A DNA stretch of 64,000 nt, from the NCBI GenBank assembly GCA_963664015.2, contig CAXXLF010000002.1, positions 1,952,001 through 2,016,000 of the forward strand, read 5' to 3'. Below the pieces are notes generated by a model, which had not been told where the DNA came from, did not search any database, and saw only the letters and a list, made by a program, of their open reading frames with translations. Shown here piece by piece: positions 1 to 9,588 of this stretch. Numbering within the stretch: the stretch's first letter is position 1; the number at the start of each line of letters is the position of its first letter. The DNA comes from Candidatus Binatia bacterium. GTDB lineage: Bacteria; Desulfobacterota; Binatia; UBA9968; CAXXLF01. Position numbers and translations under genes: made by a program.

Positions 1-1547
1 CCCCCCCTATGGAGTCGCCAAATAAGGAGAGCGGCACGTTTCAGAGCGCCCCCCCAGCCCGGGAACCCGAGCGGCGCAAGGCTATGTCTCCACTACCAAA
101 ACCTCATATTCGGGAACCCGAAATTGTGGTGCGAGCGGCCAAGGAAGTCAGGATCGAGACCGACCACTATATTGCTGTGATGACCACCAGGGGTGCCCGA
201 CTCAAGAGTTGGCAGTTGAAGGATTACCGTACGTTGGTGGCGAAGGACAGCCCGCCCTTTGAGATGATTACGGCTAAATCAGGAGTTCCTTACCCCCTTG
301 GTGTACAGTTGGGCGGTAGGAGCCCTTTTACCGACGAGAATTTGGTCTATGAAACTGAGGTGGGGAACCTAAACCTGACCGGTCATGCACGAGGGACTTT
401 GACCTTTACGGGCAGAATACCCGGAGGAGGGTCACTCAGTAAAAGGTTCCTCTTTACTGGTTCTGCTTACACTGTTGAGCTGGAGGTTGCAGTTCGAGGG
501 GGCAGGAGCGACTGGCAGCCCACTCTCCAGCTGACCACAGGAAGAAACAGTGACGACCAGCAAAAGGACGCTCCGTTCGAAGGTCTCATTACTTTAGTGG
601 GCGGAAAGCTCAAACGGGAAGACGGGAAGGCCCTGAGCGAAGGCAAGAAGCTGAGTGGAGAAATTCCCTGGGCTGGATTTGGCTTTACCTACTTTTTCTT
701 TGGCGTTTTACCGGAAGGAATAGGCGATCGAAAACTGGAGGTAGGAAAAGTAGGGCCGGGATTTCTTCTATCGCTCTCGGGCGCGGATAACACAGTGGAC
801 CCTCAACGAGCGCGATACACGCTGTTTATGGGTCCCAAGGATCTCGATCTGTTGAATACCCTCGGGAGGGGGTTGGAGCGGTCCATTGATTTCGGATACT
901 TTACCTTTGTCTCGGCGCCGCTCCTCCACATTTTACGGTTTTTCCACAAATATACGGGGAGCTACGGTATAGACATTATCCTGCTGACCATCCTGATCAA
1001 GCTACTCCTTGCGCCTCTGACCCATAAGAGCTTCGTTTCCATGAAGAATATGTCGAAGCTGCAGCCCCAGATGCAGCGGATCAAGGAAAAATTCAAAGAC
1101 GATAAAGAAAAGATGAATAAGGAGATCATGGATCTCTATCGACGCAACAAGGTGAACCCCCTGGGGGGGTGCCTTCCCATGTTGCTGCAGTTCCCGGTCT
1201 TCATCGGCCTCTACAACGCGCTGCGAACTCCAATCGAACTGCGCCACGCGTCGTTCATGTGGATCGAGGACCTATCCCGGCCCGACTATGAATCGCTGCC
1301 CTTTACCGTAGGGGACTATCACCTGGGGATTCCGATCCTGGTCTTGCTCATGGGGGCTAGCATGTTTGTGCAGCAGTGGATGACGCCGTCCGCAGGCGAT
1401 CCCAATCAGAGACGTATGATGATGATGATGCCGGTGGTTTTTACGGCCTTGTTCGTAACCTTTCCTGCCGGCTTGACCGTCTACTGGCTGGTAAACAATA
1501 TTCTGACCATTGGCCAACAGTACCTCATCAACCGAATGACCAAATAG
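1..1547 (+). CDS. yidC: Membrane protein insertase YidC (5' truncated by window edge)
   Basis: Periplasmic domain, then motifs 'YGIDIILLTILIKLLLAPL', 'NPLGGCLPMLLQFPVF', 'FPAGLTVYWLVNN'. Frame is open to the window start. Confidence 0.97.
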   Translation, partial: PPMESPNKESGTFQSAPPAREPERRKAMSPLPKPHIREPEIVVRAAKEVRIETDHYIAVMTTRGARLKSWQLKDYRTLVAKDSPPFEMITAKSGVPYPLGVQLGGRSPFTDENLVYETEVGNLNLTGHARGTLTFTGRIPGGGSLSKRFLFTGSAYTVELEVAVRGGRSDWQPTLQLTTGRNSDDQQKDAPFEGLITLVGGKLKREDGKALSEGKKLSGEIPWAGFGFTYFFFGVLPEGIGDRKLEVGKVGPGFLLSLSGADNTVDPQRARYTLFMGPKDLDLLNTLGRGLERSIDFGYFTFVSAPLLHILRFFHKYTGSYGIDIILLTILIKLLLAPLTHKSFVSMKNMSKLQPQMQRIKEKFKDDKEKMNKEIMDLYRRNKVNPLGGCLPMLLQFPVFIGLYNALRTPIELRHASFMWIEDLSRPDYESLPFTVGDYHLGIPILVLLMGASMFVQQWMTPSAGDPNQRRMMMMMPVVFTALFVTFPAGLTVYWLVNNILTIGQQYLINRMTK

Positions 1548-1573
1548 CGGGTTCTGTTGGAGGGAGATCATTC

Positions 1574-2335
1574 ATGGAGCGTATGGAAGCCGAAGGCGAA
1601 ACGATTGATCAGGCCATAGAAGATGCCCTTAAGAAACTTGGGACAACACGCGATCGAGTCACGGTAGAGATCCTCGCGGAGGCCAGAAAAGGCGTCTTCG
1701 GAATCGGAGGACGAAAGGCTCGAGTACGCGCATCCCTGCGCAATGCCGTAATGATGGAGGAGCCGGACGACCCAATAGAACCGGTCCCCAAGAAAGCGTT
1801 GCCGGAGAAAGAGGTAGCGGCCGTCCGGGAGAAGGGCAAGGAGATCTTGGGAGAAATCGTGCGTCTCATAGGGGTCCAGGCCACGATTGAGGCAAAACCG
1901 GGTGACACACCCGAGGAAATTCTCCTGGATATTCACGGGGACAACGGGGGCCTCTTGATCGGGCGCAGGGGCCAGACCTTGGAGGCCCTGCAGTACATCC
2001 TGGCAAGGGTGGTTTGCGAAAAACAGGGTATAGACGGTGTCCAACTGGTAGTTGATACGGAGAACTACCTGGAGCGGAGGAAAAAGACCCTGGAGGATAT
2101 GGCCCTGAGGTTGGGAGAGAAGGCAAAAAGAAAAAGAACGACCGTTACCGTCGATTCACTAAGTGCTCGGGACCGGCGTATTGTCCACCTCGCCTTGGAG
2201 GACGACCCCTGGCTTACGACCAGTAGCCTCGGTAACGGGACATACCGCCGATTGCTCATCATTCCCGAGGGTGACCGTAAGAAAAAGAAACAAGAGGAAA
2301 AACCCGCTCCCAACGTCAAGTCCTCCAAGGGATGA
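1574..2335 (+). CDS. jag: RNA-binding protein Jag/EloR (Jag-N, KH, R3H)
   Basis: MERMEAEGETIDQAIEDALKKLG; 'LLIGRRGQTLEALQY' (KH); 'RRIVH' (R3H). Canonical position after yidC; ATG 1574 follows GGAGGGAG. Confidence 0.95.
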   Translation: MERMEAEGETIDQAIEDALKKLGTTRDRVTVEILAEARKGVFGIGGRKARVRASLRNAVMMEEPDDPIEPVPKKALPEKEVAAVREKGKEILGEIVRLIGVQATIEAKPGDTPEEILLDIHGDNGGLLIGRRGQTLEALQYILARVVCEKQGIDGVQLVVDTENYLERRKKTLEDMALRLGEKAKRKRTTVTVDSLSARDRRIVHLALEDDPWLTTSSLGNGTYRRLLIIPEGDRKKKKQEEKPAPNVKSSKG

Positions 2336-2358
2336 AGGGGAAGGCGGTGTGCGCCTTC

Positions 2359-2388
2359 TTGACAATCCGGATGGCCCGATTCTAGTAT
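2359..2388 (+). promoter_or_regulatory. Putative sigma70 promoter for LLM gene
   Basis: TTGACA-N18-TAGTAT, 35 nt upstream of ATG 2424. Confidence 0.45.
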
Positions 2389-2423
2389 CGGTCTCGATAA
2401 CGTCATTCCCACCAGTAACGATT

Positions 2424-3590
2424 ATGAAAATCTATAACTTCGACCTCCTCGCCTATCCGAAGGTTCCAACCGAAGCCCCTGGTACCCCGGTTCCCAACAG
2501 TTACTTTGAGCCTTCTGTAGGCGTTCAAAACTATCAGGAGCATCTCGATGAGATGGAGTACTGTGAAGAGCTCGGGTTCGAAGGTGTCGTTTTCAATGAG
2601 CATCACTACAGCGGTTACGGTATGATGCCATCGCCCAACTTGATTGCTGCGGCGCTCAGTCGGAAAACCAGTCGGATCAAGATCGGGATTTTGGGTAATG
2701 TCCTTCCGCTACGTCATCACCCGGTGCGTGTGGCTGAAGAGTACGCCATGCTCGACTGTCTGACCGAAGGGCGGCTGATCGCCGGGTTTGTTCGGGGAAT
2801 TCCTGCGGAATATCTCTGGTACCATATTGACCCGAAGGAGTCTCGAGGACGATTTGAAGAGGCTTATGAGCTAATCATGACCGCGTGGAGCCAGCCCGTT
2901 TGGAGTTACCATGGCAAGTATTTTCAACTCGAAAACTGTGCCATCTGGCCACGGCCCGTCCAGCAGCCCCATCCGCCGGTTTGGATTGCGGCGCGTAGCT
3001 CGGAGTCTATCGAGTGGTGTGTCAAACAGCGTAGGCCGGTAGCTCAGGTCTACCAGACAACAGGCCAGATCGAGGACACCTTTAACTATTATCGGAAGGT
3101 GGCCCTGGCCGGAGATTGGGAGGTTAGCCCCGAACAGTTTATATTGACTCGTCACATTTACGTTGATGAAACAAATGAGAAGGCCCGTCAGCTAGCCGAA
3201 CCTGCACTACGCTACTTTTTTACTCTGCTGAATCGTGGTTTTAACGAAGGTGCAAGCCAAGAGCCTGACCCGCGGCAGCAGATTAGGGCAGAGCTTTACA
3301 CAGATCGTTCCTTCAGCTATTTCCGGGAAGGTAATCGCGAGCGAATCGACTTCTCGAAACTCAGCTGGGACGAGCTCGACGAAGCGGGGTTTGTGATTGC
3401 GGGCAATCCTGACACTGTGGCACGAAAACTCAACGGTCAGATGGGTCAAGTGGGGGCCGATCATTTTATGGGAATGTTTCATATCGGTAACCTAAGTCAC
3501 CAAAAGGTCCTGTCCTCTCTCGATCTGTTCAAGAAAGAGGTGATGCCTCAGTTGGAAAACATGACCGCTGCTACTGACCATCGTCCGTAG
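2424..3590 (+). CDS. LLM-class (luciferase-like) flavin-dependent oxidoreductase
   Basis: MKIYNFDLLAY start; 'FNEHH', 'HPVRVAEEYAMLD', 'IWPRPVQQPHPPVW'. Confidence 0.9.
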   Translation: MKIYNFDLLAYPKVPTEAPGTPVPNSYFEPSVGVQNYQEHLDEMEYCEELGFEGVVFNEHHYSGYGMMPSPNLIAAALSRKTSRIKIGILGNVLPLRHHPVRVAEEYAMLDCLTEGRLIAGFVRGIPAEYLWYHIDPKESRGRFEEAYELIMTAWSQPVWSYHGKYFQLENCAIWPRPVQQPHPPVWIAARSSESIEWCVKQRRPVAQVYQTTGQIEDTFNYYRKVALAGDWEVSPEQFILTRHIYVDETNEKARQLAEPALRYFFTLLNRGFNEGASQEPDPRQQIRAELYTDRSFSYFREGNRERIDFSKLSWDELDEAGFVIAGNPDTVARKLNGQMGQVGADHFMGMFHIGNLSHQKVLSSLDLFKKEVMPQLENMTAATDHRP

Positions 3591-3647
3591 ATTCCCAAAT
3601 TACACAGGTAAAGCGATCGGGTCTGTTCCCGTATACCATTGGGCTCT

Positions 3648-4811
3648 ATGAAAATTGCATATTTTGATCTGATATCGGGGTTGAGCGGAGACATGACCGT
3701 GGGTGCCCTGCTCCATCTGGGACTCCCTCGTCAAAAACTGGCCCAGGAACTCGGCAAGCTGCGGGGTCTGAAATATCGCCTTGCGGTCAGTAAGAAGCCT
3801 GTCCATGGGATTCAAGCGACTCGCTTTCGGGTCACGGTCGCAGATGAAAGTCAGGAGCGGAGCTGGAAGCAGATCCAACGGCTGATCCAGGCGAGCTCTC
3901 TCAAGTCCGAGGTTAAGGAGCGGGGGCTGTATATCTTTGCCAAGCTGGCAGATGTGGAAGGAAAAATCCACGGTGTCCAACCTGATAAAGTCCATTTTCA
4001 TGAAGTGGGGGCTGTTGATTCAATCGTAGATATTATGGCCGTCGCCATAGGCACCCATTATCTGAAGATCGATTCCTTTGTATTCTCTCGTATTCCCCTT
4101 GGCCGAGGCCTGACGCGATCCAGACATGGCCCGTTACCTTTACCGGCGCCCGCCACGCTCGAACTTTTGAAAGGGATTCCTGTTCAATGGACCCAACTCG
4201 AGGGGGAAACCATCACCCCAACAGGCGCCGCTATCGTTCGCGCCCTGGCCTCTCATGTTGGAGAGTGTCCGCAGATGACCATTGAAAAGGTCGGTTATGG
4301 GGCAGGAGAAAGAGAGTTCCCAGACCGACCGAACCTGGTGCGGGTTCTCTTGGGTGAAAGAATCGGGGCCTGGGGCCAAGACGAGATGCTGGTCATGGAG
4401 ACAAACATCGACGACATGAACCCTGAGATCTACGACTATCTCTTGGACCGTCTGATTGCCAATGGGGCCCGTGACGTCTCTTTCTCACCGATCCAGATGA
4501 AGAAAAATCGGCCGGGGACCTTACTCCGGATTATTGCTGAGCCGTCGTCCAAGGATCGACTTGCGAAGATCGTTTTACATGAGAGTTCGGCTATCGGACT
4601 GCGTTATTACCCAGTGCAGCGTCTGGTTCTTAAACGGGTGTCCCTTGAGGTCAAGACCCGGTATGGAACCATTGGGGTAAAAGTCGTAGAAGAGCCCGAC
4701 GGTGGAAAACGGGCGACCCCCGAGTACGAAGATCTCAAAAAGATCGCCCGCATAAAAAAAGTCCCTCTCAAGACCCTATACGATGAAGTCGTGAAGAACT
4801 TTAAAAAATAG
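3648..4811 (+). CDS. larC: Nickel-pincer cofactor biosynthesis protein LarC
   Basis: 'MKIAYFD..SGLSGDM', 'VHFHEVGAVDSIVD', 'PAPATLELL', 'ETNIDDMNPE', 'MKKNRPG', 'PEYED'. Confidence 0.93.
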   Translation: MKIAYFDLISGLSGDMTVGALLHLGLPRQKLAQELGKLRGLKYRLAVSKKPVHGIQATRFRVTVADESQERSWKQIQRLIQASSLKSEVKERGLYIFAKLADVEGKIHGVQPDKVHFHEVGAVDSIVDIMAVAIGTHYLKIDSFVFSRIPLGRGLTRSRHGPLPLPAPATLELLKGIPVQWTQLEGETITPTGAAIVRALASHVGECPQMTIEKVGYGAGEREFPDRPNLVRVLLGERIGAWGQDEMLVMETNIDDMNPEIYDYLLDRLIANGARDVSFSPIQMKKNRPGTLLRIIAEPSSKDRLAKIVLHESSAIGLRYYPVQRLVLKRVSLEVKTRYGTIGVKVVEEPDGGKRATPEYEDLKKIARIKKVPLKTLYDEVVKNFKK

Positions 4812-4831
4812 ATGCGGGGCTAGACTGTCCC

Positions 4832-5569
4832 TTAGGCCTTCCTTATCAAATTCACTAGAGTGTCCAATCCGATTTTCTCTTGAAATAGCTTGCTGAGCAG
4901 AGGGCCGTTCAGTAGTGGGATGACGGCTTGCGGTGTTGACTGTTCTATGTAAGGGATCTCTCCAATGCAGGGGGCTTGAGCTAATTCACGAAGTGTTGGC
5001 AGGTTATTCTGGGCTGCAAGAGATGACCGGCCCTCCAAATCGTTGAGGATGTACCCCAGGATTTTTAGTCCAAGGCAAGAGGCGTGTTCTAAGGTGAGGA
5101 GGCAGTGGTTCAGCGCACCCAACCGATTGCCGACGACCACAACGATAGGCAGTTCCAGATGGCGGGCAAGATCCGCATAGGTGAATCGACTGTTGAGCGG
5201 CACCAGGAGTCCACCGGCCCCCTCGACGATCGTGACATCATAAGAATGGCTGATCTCACCGTAAAGTCGGGAGAGAAGTGACAGTTCAATCGCCGCCCCG
5301 TTTCGTTGGGCTGCGACACCGGGGGCAAGGGGATCTGAAAAACGATAGGGACAGATCCTGTCAAGCAGTTGGTCGCGGCCCGAGGCCTGTTGGAGGTAAA
5401 AGGCGTCCATGGGAAAGAGAGCACCGTCCCTCTTTTCACAACCAGTCTCGGCGGGTTTCATGACCCCGATTCTGTAACCCAGGTCCCGCAGTGCGTAGGC
5501 AAGGCCACAGGCAACCAGCGTTTTTCCCACGCCGGTGTCGGTGCCGGTAATCAGAACCCCTCTGCCCAT
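4832..5569 (-). CDS. bioD: Dethiobiotin synthase
   Basis: 'ITGTDTGVGKT', 'MKPAETG', 'VEGAGGLLVP', 'LGALNH'; coupled to bioA. Confidence 0.97.
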   Translation of the reverse strand: MGRGVLITGTDTGVGKTLVACGLAYALRDLGYRIGVMKPAETGCEKRDGALFPMDAFYLQQASGRDQLLDRICPYRFSDPLAPGVAAQRNGAAIELSLLSRLYGEISHSYDVTIVEGAGGLLVPLNSRFTYADLARHLELPIVVVVGNRLGALNHCLLTLEHASCLGLKILGYILNDLEGRSSLAAQNNLPTLRELAQAPCIGEIPYIEQSTPQAVIPLLNGPLLSKLFQEKIGLDTLVNLIRKA

Positions 5570-6927
5570 TATCCCTCTGTTACAGTCTTGATGGATTGAT
5601 ATATGACGTCGGTCAGGAGCTTTATCTCGTCTTCCGAGATAGCCAGCGGTGGCATCAACACGATGACGTCTCCCAGGGGTCTTACAATCACGCCTCTTCG
5701 TCTGGCCTCTAGGACCACCTTATGGCCCATACGTTCTTCTGAGGAATATGCGGTCAGGGTAGACTTGTCCTCGACCAATTCGATACCAACCATAAAGCCC
5801 CACTGGCGTACGTCTCCTACATGGGCCAGGGGACGAAAATCATCTTCGAGTCTACGTTGAAGGTAGAGGATCTTGGACTGCATCATTTCCAGGGTCTTAT
5901 CGGTTTGAAAAATATCGAGGTTAGCCAGGCCAAGGGCGCATCCCAGCGAATTCCCGGTGTAGGTGTGGCCGTGAAAAAAGCTTTTGAATTCTCCATATTC
6001 CCCGAGAAAGGCCGAGAAAACCTCCTCAGTAGCCAGAGTGGCTGCCAGTGGTAGATAGCCGCCGGACAGTCCCTTGGCAAGACACAGGAGATCCGGCGTG
6101 ACCCCTTCATGTTCGCAGGCGAATAACCGGCCGGTGCGTCCAAAACCCGTAGCCACTTCATCGACGATGAGTAGGATTTTGTGATCCCGGCAGATCTCAC
6201 GTAAGGCACGGAGGTAGCCAGCCGGTTGCGACCACATACCGGCTGCACCCTGCATCAGCGGTTCCACGATGAGGGCCGCCAGTGAATCCCGCTCTTTTGA
6301 AATATTTTCCTCAGCTTCCTGGATAGCTGCCTTTAAGGCTTCCTGTTCATCCATCCTGTGGAAGTAACGAAACACATGAGGGGGATTGATACGCAGGGTA
6401 GGGAAGAGAAGTGGGCGATAGAAACGGTGCAGGGTCTCGGAATAACCTAAGCTCACGGCACCCATTGTATCCCCGTGGTAGGCTTCCGCCAGGGAGACGA
6501 ACCGGGTGCGTTTCGTTTCTCCTTTGAGTTGCCAGTATTGGAAAGCCATCCGCAGCGCCACCTCCACTGCAGTGGCTCCGTTATCCGAATAAAAGACCCG
6601 TTGGAGTCCTGGGGGTGCCACTTCAATGAGTCTTTGCGCGAGCCGGATACCCGGGGCATGACTGAGCCCGAGGAAGGTGGAGTGAGCGATGCGGTCTAAC
6701 TGGTGCTTAAGGGCATCATCGAGTTCTTGCCGGCGGTGGCCGTGGAGATTACACCACAGGGAGGACACCCCATCGATGAATTTCCTCCCCTGCAGGTCCA
6801 CCAGTATGCTTCCCTCCCCCCTTTCGATGATGCATGGTTCCTCTTCCATCCATTCCTGCATCTGGGTAAAGGGATGCCAGAGATAGGTGTGGTCTAGTTT
6901 CTTGAGTTCATTATAATTGTCGTTCAT
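5569..6927 (-). CDS. bioA: DAPA aminotransferase
   Basis: 'LWHPFTQM', 'SSLWCNLHGH', 'YHGDT', 'DEVATGFGRTG', 'AKGLSGGYLPLAAT'. Confidence 0.97.
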   Translation of the reverse strand: MNDNYNELKKLDHTYLWHPFTQMQEWMEEEPCIIERGEGSILVDLQGRKFIDGVSSLWCNLHGHRRQELDDALKHQLDRIAHSTFLGLSHAPGIRLAQRLIEVAPPGLQRVFYSDNGATAVEVALRMAFQYWQLKGETKRTRFVSLAEAYHGDTMGAVSLGYSETLHRFYRPLLFPTLRINPPHVFRYFHRMDEQEALKAAIQEAEENISKERDSLAALIVEPLMQGAAGMWSQPAGYLRALREICRDHKILLIVDEVATGFGRTGRLFACEHEGVTPDLLCLAKGLSGGYLPLAATLATEEVFSAFLGEYGEFKSFFHGHTYTGNSLGCALGLANLDIFQTDKTLEMMQSKILYLQRRLEDDFRPLAHVGDVRQWGFMVGIELVEDKSTLTAYSSEERMGHKVVLEARRRGVIVRPLGDVIVLMPPLAISEDEIKLLTDVIYQSIKTVTEG

Positions 6928-8089
6928 GTTTTATCTTGACGTCCTTGAAGGCCGCGAGTGCCCGGTCCAATTGTTCCTGAGTATGCGTGGCCATAGGGGT
7001 GATGCGCAGCCGAGAGGTGCCGGAGGGCACCGTTGGGGGGCGGATACCCTGTGCATAGACTCCAAGGTTCAAAAGGTCTTGTGCAAAGCCCATGCACTGC
7101 TGGGTCTTTCCGATCATGAGCGGGAGGATCTGGCTGGAAGTTTGACCCAATGAGAGACCTAGAGACTGAAGCCCGTCTTTAAGAATTTGACAGTTGCGCC
7201 ATAGGGTCTTCCGTCTATGAGGTTCAGTGCTCACGAGGCCGATGGCGCTGATGGCCATGGCGATAATCGCTGGGGGGAGCGAAGTGCTAAAGATAAAACT
7301 ACGGCATCGATTAATGAGTAGATCGACCAGATCCCGACTCCCGGCCACATAGGCGCCAAATCCACCCAGGGCCTTGCCGAGGGTTCCCATCTGCACTGAG
7401 ATCCGGCCATTTAACCCGGACTCTTCCACCACCCCTGCGCCACTAGGACCGAATATGCCTGTGGCGTGGGCTTCATCAACCATGACCATGGCGCCGTGGG
7501 CTTCTGCTAGGCTCACGATGTTTTTGAGCGGGGCCGTGTCTCCGTCCATACTAAATACCGTCTCCGTGACAATCAACCTTTGGCCACTCTCAGAGGATGC
7601 CTTGAGTGCCGATTCCAAATGGTTCAGGTCCAAATGGCGATAGACGATAACTTTCGCTCGTGAAAGTCGGCAACCATCGATGATGCTAGCGTGGTTCAGG
7701 GCGTCGCTGAAGATGGTATCCCCTGGGCCAACCAAAGAGGAAAGGATGCCAATATTGGCCTGATACCCTGAATTGAAGACCAGGGCGGCCTCGGTCCCTT
7801 TCCAATGGGCCAGGCTCTCCTCCAGTTCCCCGTGCAGGACCGTGTTGCCGGAAATGAGACGCGAAGCGCCGGAGCCACAACCGTATTTATCTATAGCCTG
7901 CCTGGCCGCTGCTGCCAGTGCCGGGTGGTTGGCCAGTCCCAGATAATTGTTCGAGGAAAGATTCAATACCTCTTGGCCTTCGAGGAGGATGGATGGACCC
8001 TGTTCCCCCTCCACTTGCCTGAGCCGTCGGTAAAGCCCCTGACGCCTAATATCCGCCAGCTCCTGAGCGATAAATTTCGCGAGCATCAT
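6911..8089 (-). CDS. bioF: 8-amino-7-oxononanoate synthase
   Basis: 'SNNYLGLA', 'SGASRLISG', 'NHASIIDG', 'DEAHATG', 'GTLGKALG', 'IRPPTVP'. Confidence 0.97.
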   Translation of the reverse strand: MMLAKFIAQELADIRRQGLYRRLRQVEGEQGPSILLEGQEVLNLSSNNYLGLANHPALAAAARQAIDKYGCGSGASRLISGNTVLHGELEESLAHWKGTEAALVFNSGYQANIGILSSLVGPGDTIFSDALNHASIIDGCRLSRAKVIVYRHLDLNHLESALKASSESGQRLIVTETVFSMDGDTAPLKNIVSLAEAHGAMVMVDEAHATGIFGPSGAGVVEESGLNGRISVQMGTLGKALGGFGAYVAGSRDLVDLLINRCRSFIFSTSLPPAIIAMAISAIGLVSTEPHRRKTLWRNCQILKDGLQSLGLSLGQTSSQILPLMIGKTQQCMGFAQDLLNLGVYAQGIRPPTVPSGTSRLRITPMATHTQEQLDRALAAFKDVKIKHERQL

Positions 8090-8229
8090 AACTAATTAGT
8101 ATAGGCTATGGGGTTTATCAACGGGTGGTATTTCCCAGGTGCCGTTGCCCTGCCACGGGTCGACAACAGGGAATTGGCTGAGGGTAATTAGGTTCGGAAT
8201 GAAGCAAAAACCGGAGGCGAGGCCATTTG

Positions 8230-8387
8230 GGCCCAGCATGAGCCCGTTGAGCGTAAACTGCATACAAAATATACTTTTCCCGATCCCGGGCTCGCCCGTA
8301 ACGAGGTATGATTTGCAAGCAGGCAGTCCTCCCCCGAGCAAGGGATCAAGACCAGGGATACCTGTGGAAATCCGTTCCCCCCCCCAT
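8230..8387 (-). pseudogene. N-terminal remnant of a KaiC/RAD55-family ATPase
   Basis: Translates ERISTGIPGLDPLLGGGLPACKSYLVTGEPGIGKSIFCMQF (Walker A), then similarity ends. The ATG is out of frame through a G9 run. Confidence 0.75.
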
Positions 8388-8433
8388 TTAAATAATATAT
8401 TACCAATTTTAGCCGAGGCTGGAAAGTTTCTAT

Positions 8434-8462
8434 TTGAAACAAGGCCTTACAGAGGCTAAAAT
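8434..8462 (+). promoter_or_regulatory. sigma70 promoter of hisC (probably leaderless)
   Basis: TTGAAA-N17-TAAAAT ending 8 nt before ATG 8471; no SD. Confidence 0.6.
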
Positions 8463-8470
8463 CGTGCCAA

Positions 8471-9529
8471 ATGGCATTTTTTCTAAGAAGAAACATCGCT
8501 GCTCTTGATGGGTACAGTCCGGGCGAACAACCACAAGATGCTAATATTATTAAACTTAATACTAACGAGAATCCATACCCTCCGTCGCCCCGGGTCCTGA
8601 CGGCGTTACGTAAGGCAGCGAATCATTCCTTGCGGCTCTACCCGGAACCGCTGGCGGACAGTCTGAGGGCTAAGGTGGCCGCTATTTATCGGGTTAATCC
8701 AATAAATGTGCTCGCTGGGAACGGATCCGACGAGCTTTTGACCATTATTGCACGATGTGTGGTCGGCCAGGGAGACCGCGTGGTCTATTCGGTTCCAACC
8801 TATAGCCTCTATGACACTTTAGTGGCCATTCAGGAAGGCGAAAGGGTCGCGATTCCGTATCCTGATGATTTTTCGCTGCCCGAAGCGCTTTACTCTCAGA
8901 AGGGTGCCCTGACACTTTTGTGCAATCCCAATTCCCCGTCGGGTACCCTAACCCCCCTGGACCAGGTGGAGCGATTGGCGCAGTCTGTCGCGGGCCTACT
9001 AGTGGTGGATGAGGCCTACATCGATTTTGCCGATGGGGAAGGTCATTCGGCCCTCCCGTTGATCAATCGGTATCCCAATCTCGTTGTTTTGAGAACCTTC
9101 TCCAAATCGTTCTCCCTGGCGGGGATGCGGATTGGACTCGCCTTTGCCGCGGAGGATGTAATCCGAGGCATGCTCAAGGTTAAAGACTCCTACAATATGA
9201 GTCGTCTCAGCCTGGTGTCGGCGATGGCAGCGCTGGAAGATTTTCCCTGGATGCAACGGAATGTGGCAAAGATTCAATCTACGCGTAAACGGCTCACCGC
9301 GGCTTTGAAAAGGCTCGGCTTAACCGTACATCCCTCTCAAGCCAATTTTGTCATGGCTCGAGAATCTGGCACCGAGTTAAAAGGGATCTTTCAGGAATTG
9401 AAAAAACGGGGGATCCTAGTGCGTTACTTTGATGTACCGGGCCTTCGCGACGCACTGAGAATCAGTGTGGGAACGCCGAAGGAGATATCGAGCCTGATTC
9501 GGGAGATGTCAACCCTCTTAAAACCGTAA
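8471..9529 (+). CDS. hisC: Histidinol-phosphate aminotransferase
   Basis: 'YSPGEQP', 'KLNTNENPYPPS', 'GNGSDE', 'NPNSPSG', 'DEAY', 'RTFSKSFSLAGMRIG'. Confidence 0.96.
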   Translation: MAFFLRRNIAALDGYSPGEQPQDANIIKLNTNENPYPPSPRVLTALRKAANHSLRLYPEPLADSLRAKVAAIYRVNPINVLAGNGSDELLTIIARCVVGQGDRVVYSVPTYSLYDTLVAIQEGERVAIPYPDDFSLPEALYSQKGALTLLCNPNSPSGTLTPLDQVERLAQSVAGLLVVDEAYIDFADGEGHSALPLINRYPNLVVLRTFSKSFSLAGMRIGLAFAAEDVIRGMLKVKDSYNMSRLSLVSAMAALEDFPWMQRNVAKIQSTRKRLTAALKRLGLTVHPSQANFVMARESGTELKGIFQELKKRGILVRYFDVPGLRDALRISVGTPKEISSLIREMSTLLKP

Positions 9530-9588
9530 CCATCGACCCGGTGGCGTTCCTCCACCCAACGGGGAAGAAATAATGGACGCCTAAGGCT

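Noticed and set aside
8090-8130. BirA operator upstream of bioF
   Set aside because: Only a partial half-site and a short ACTAATTAGT palindrome; no TGTAAACC-N-GGTTTACA pair.
8377-8387. Phase variation at the G9 tract
   Set aside because: The downstream gene is truncated at any tract length.
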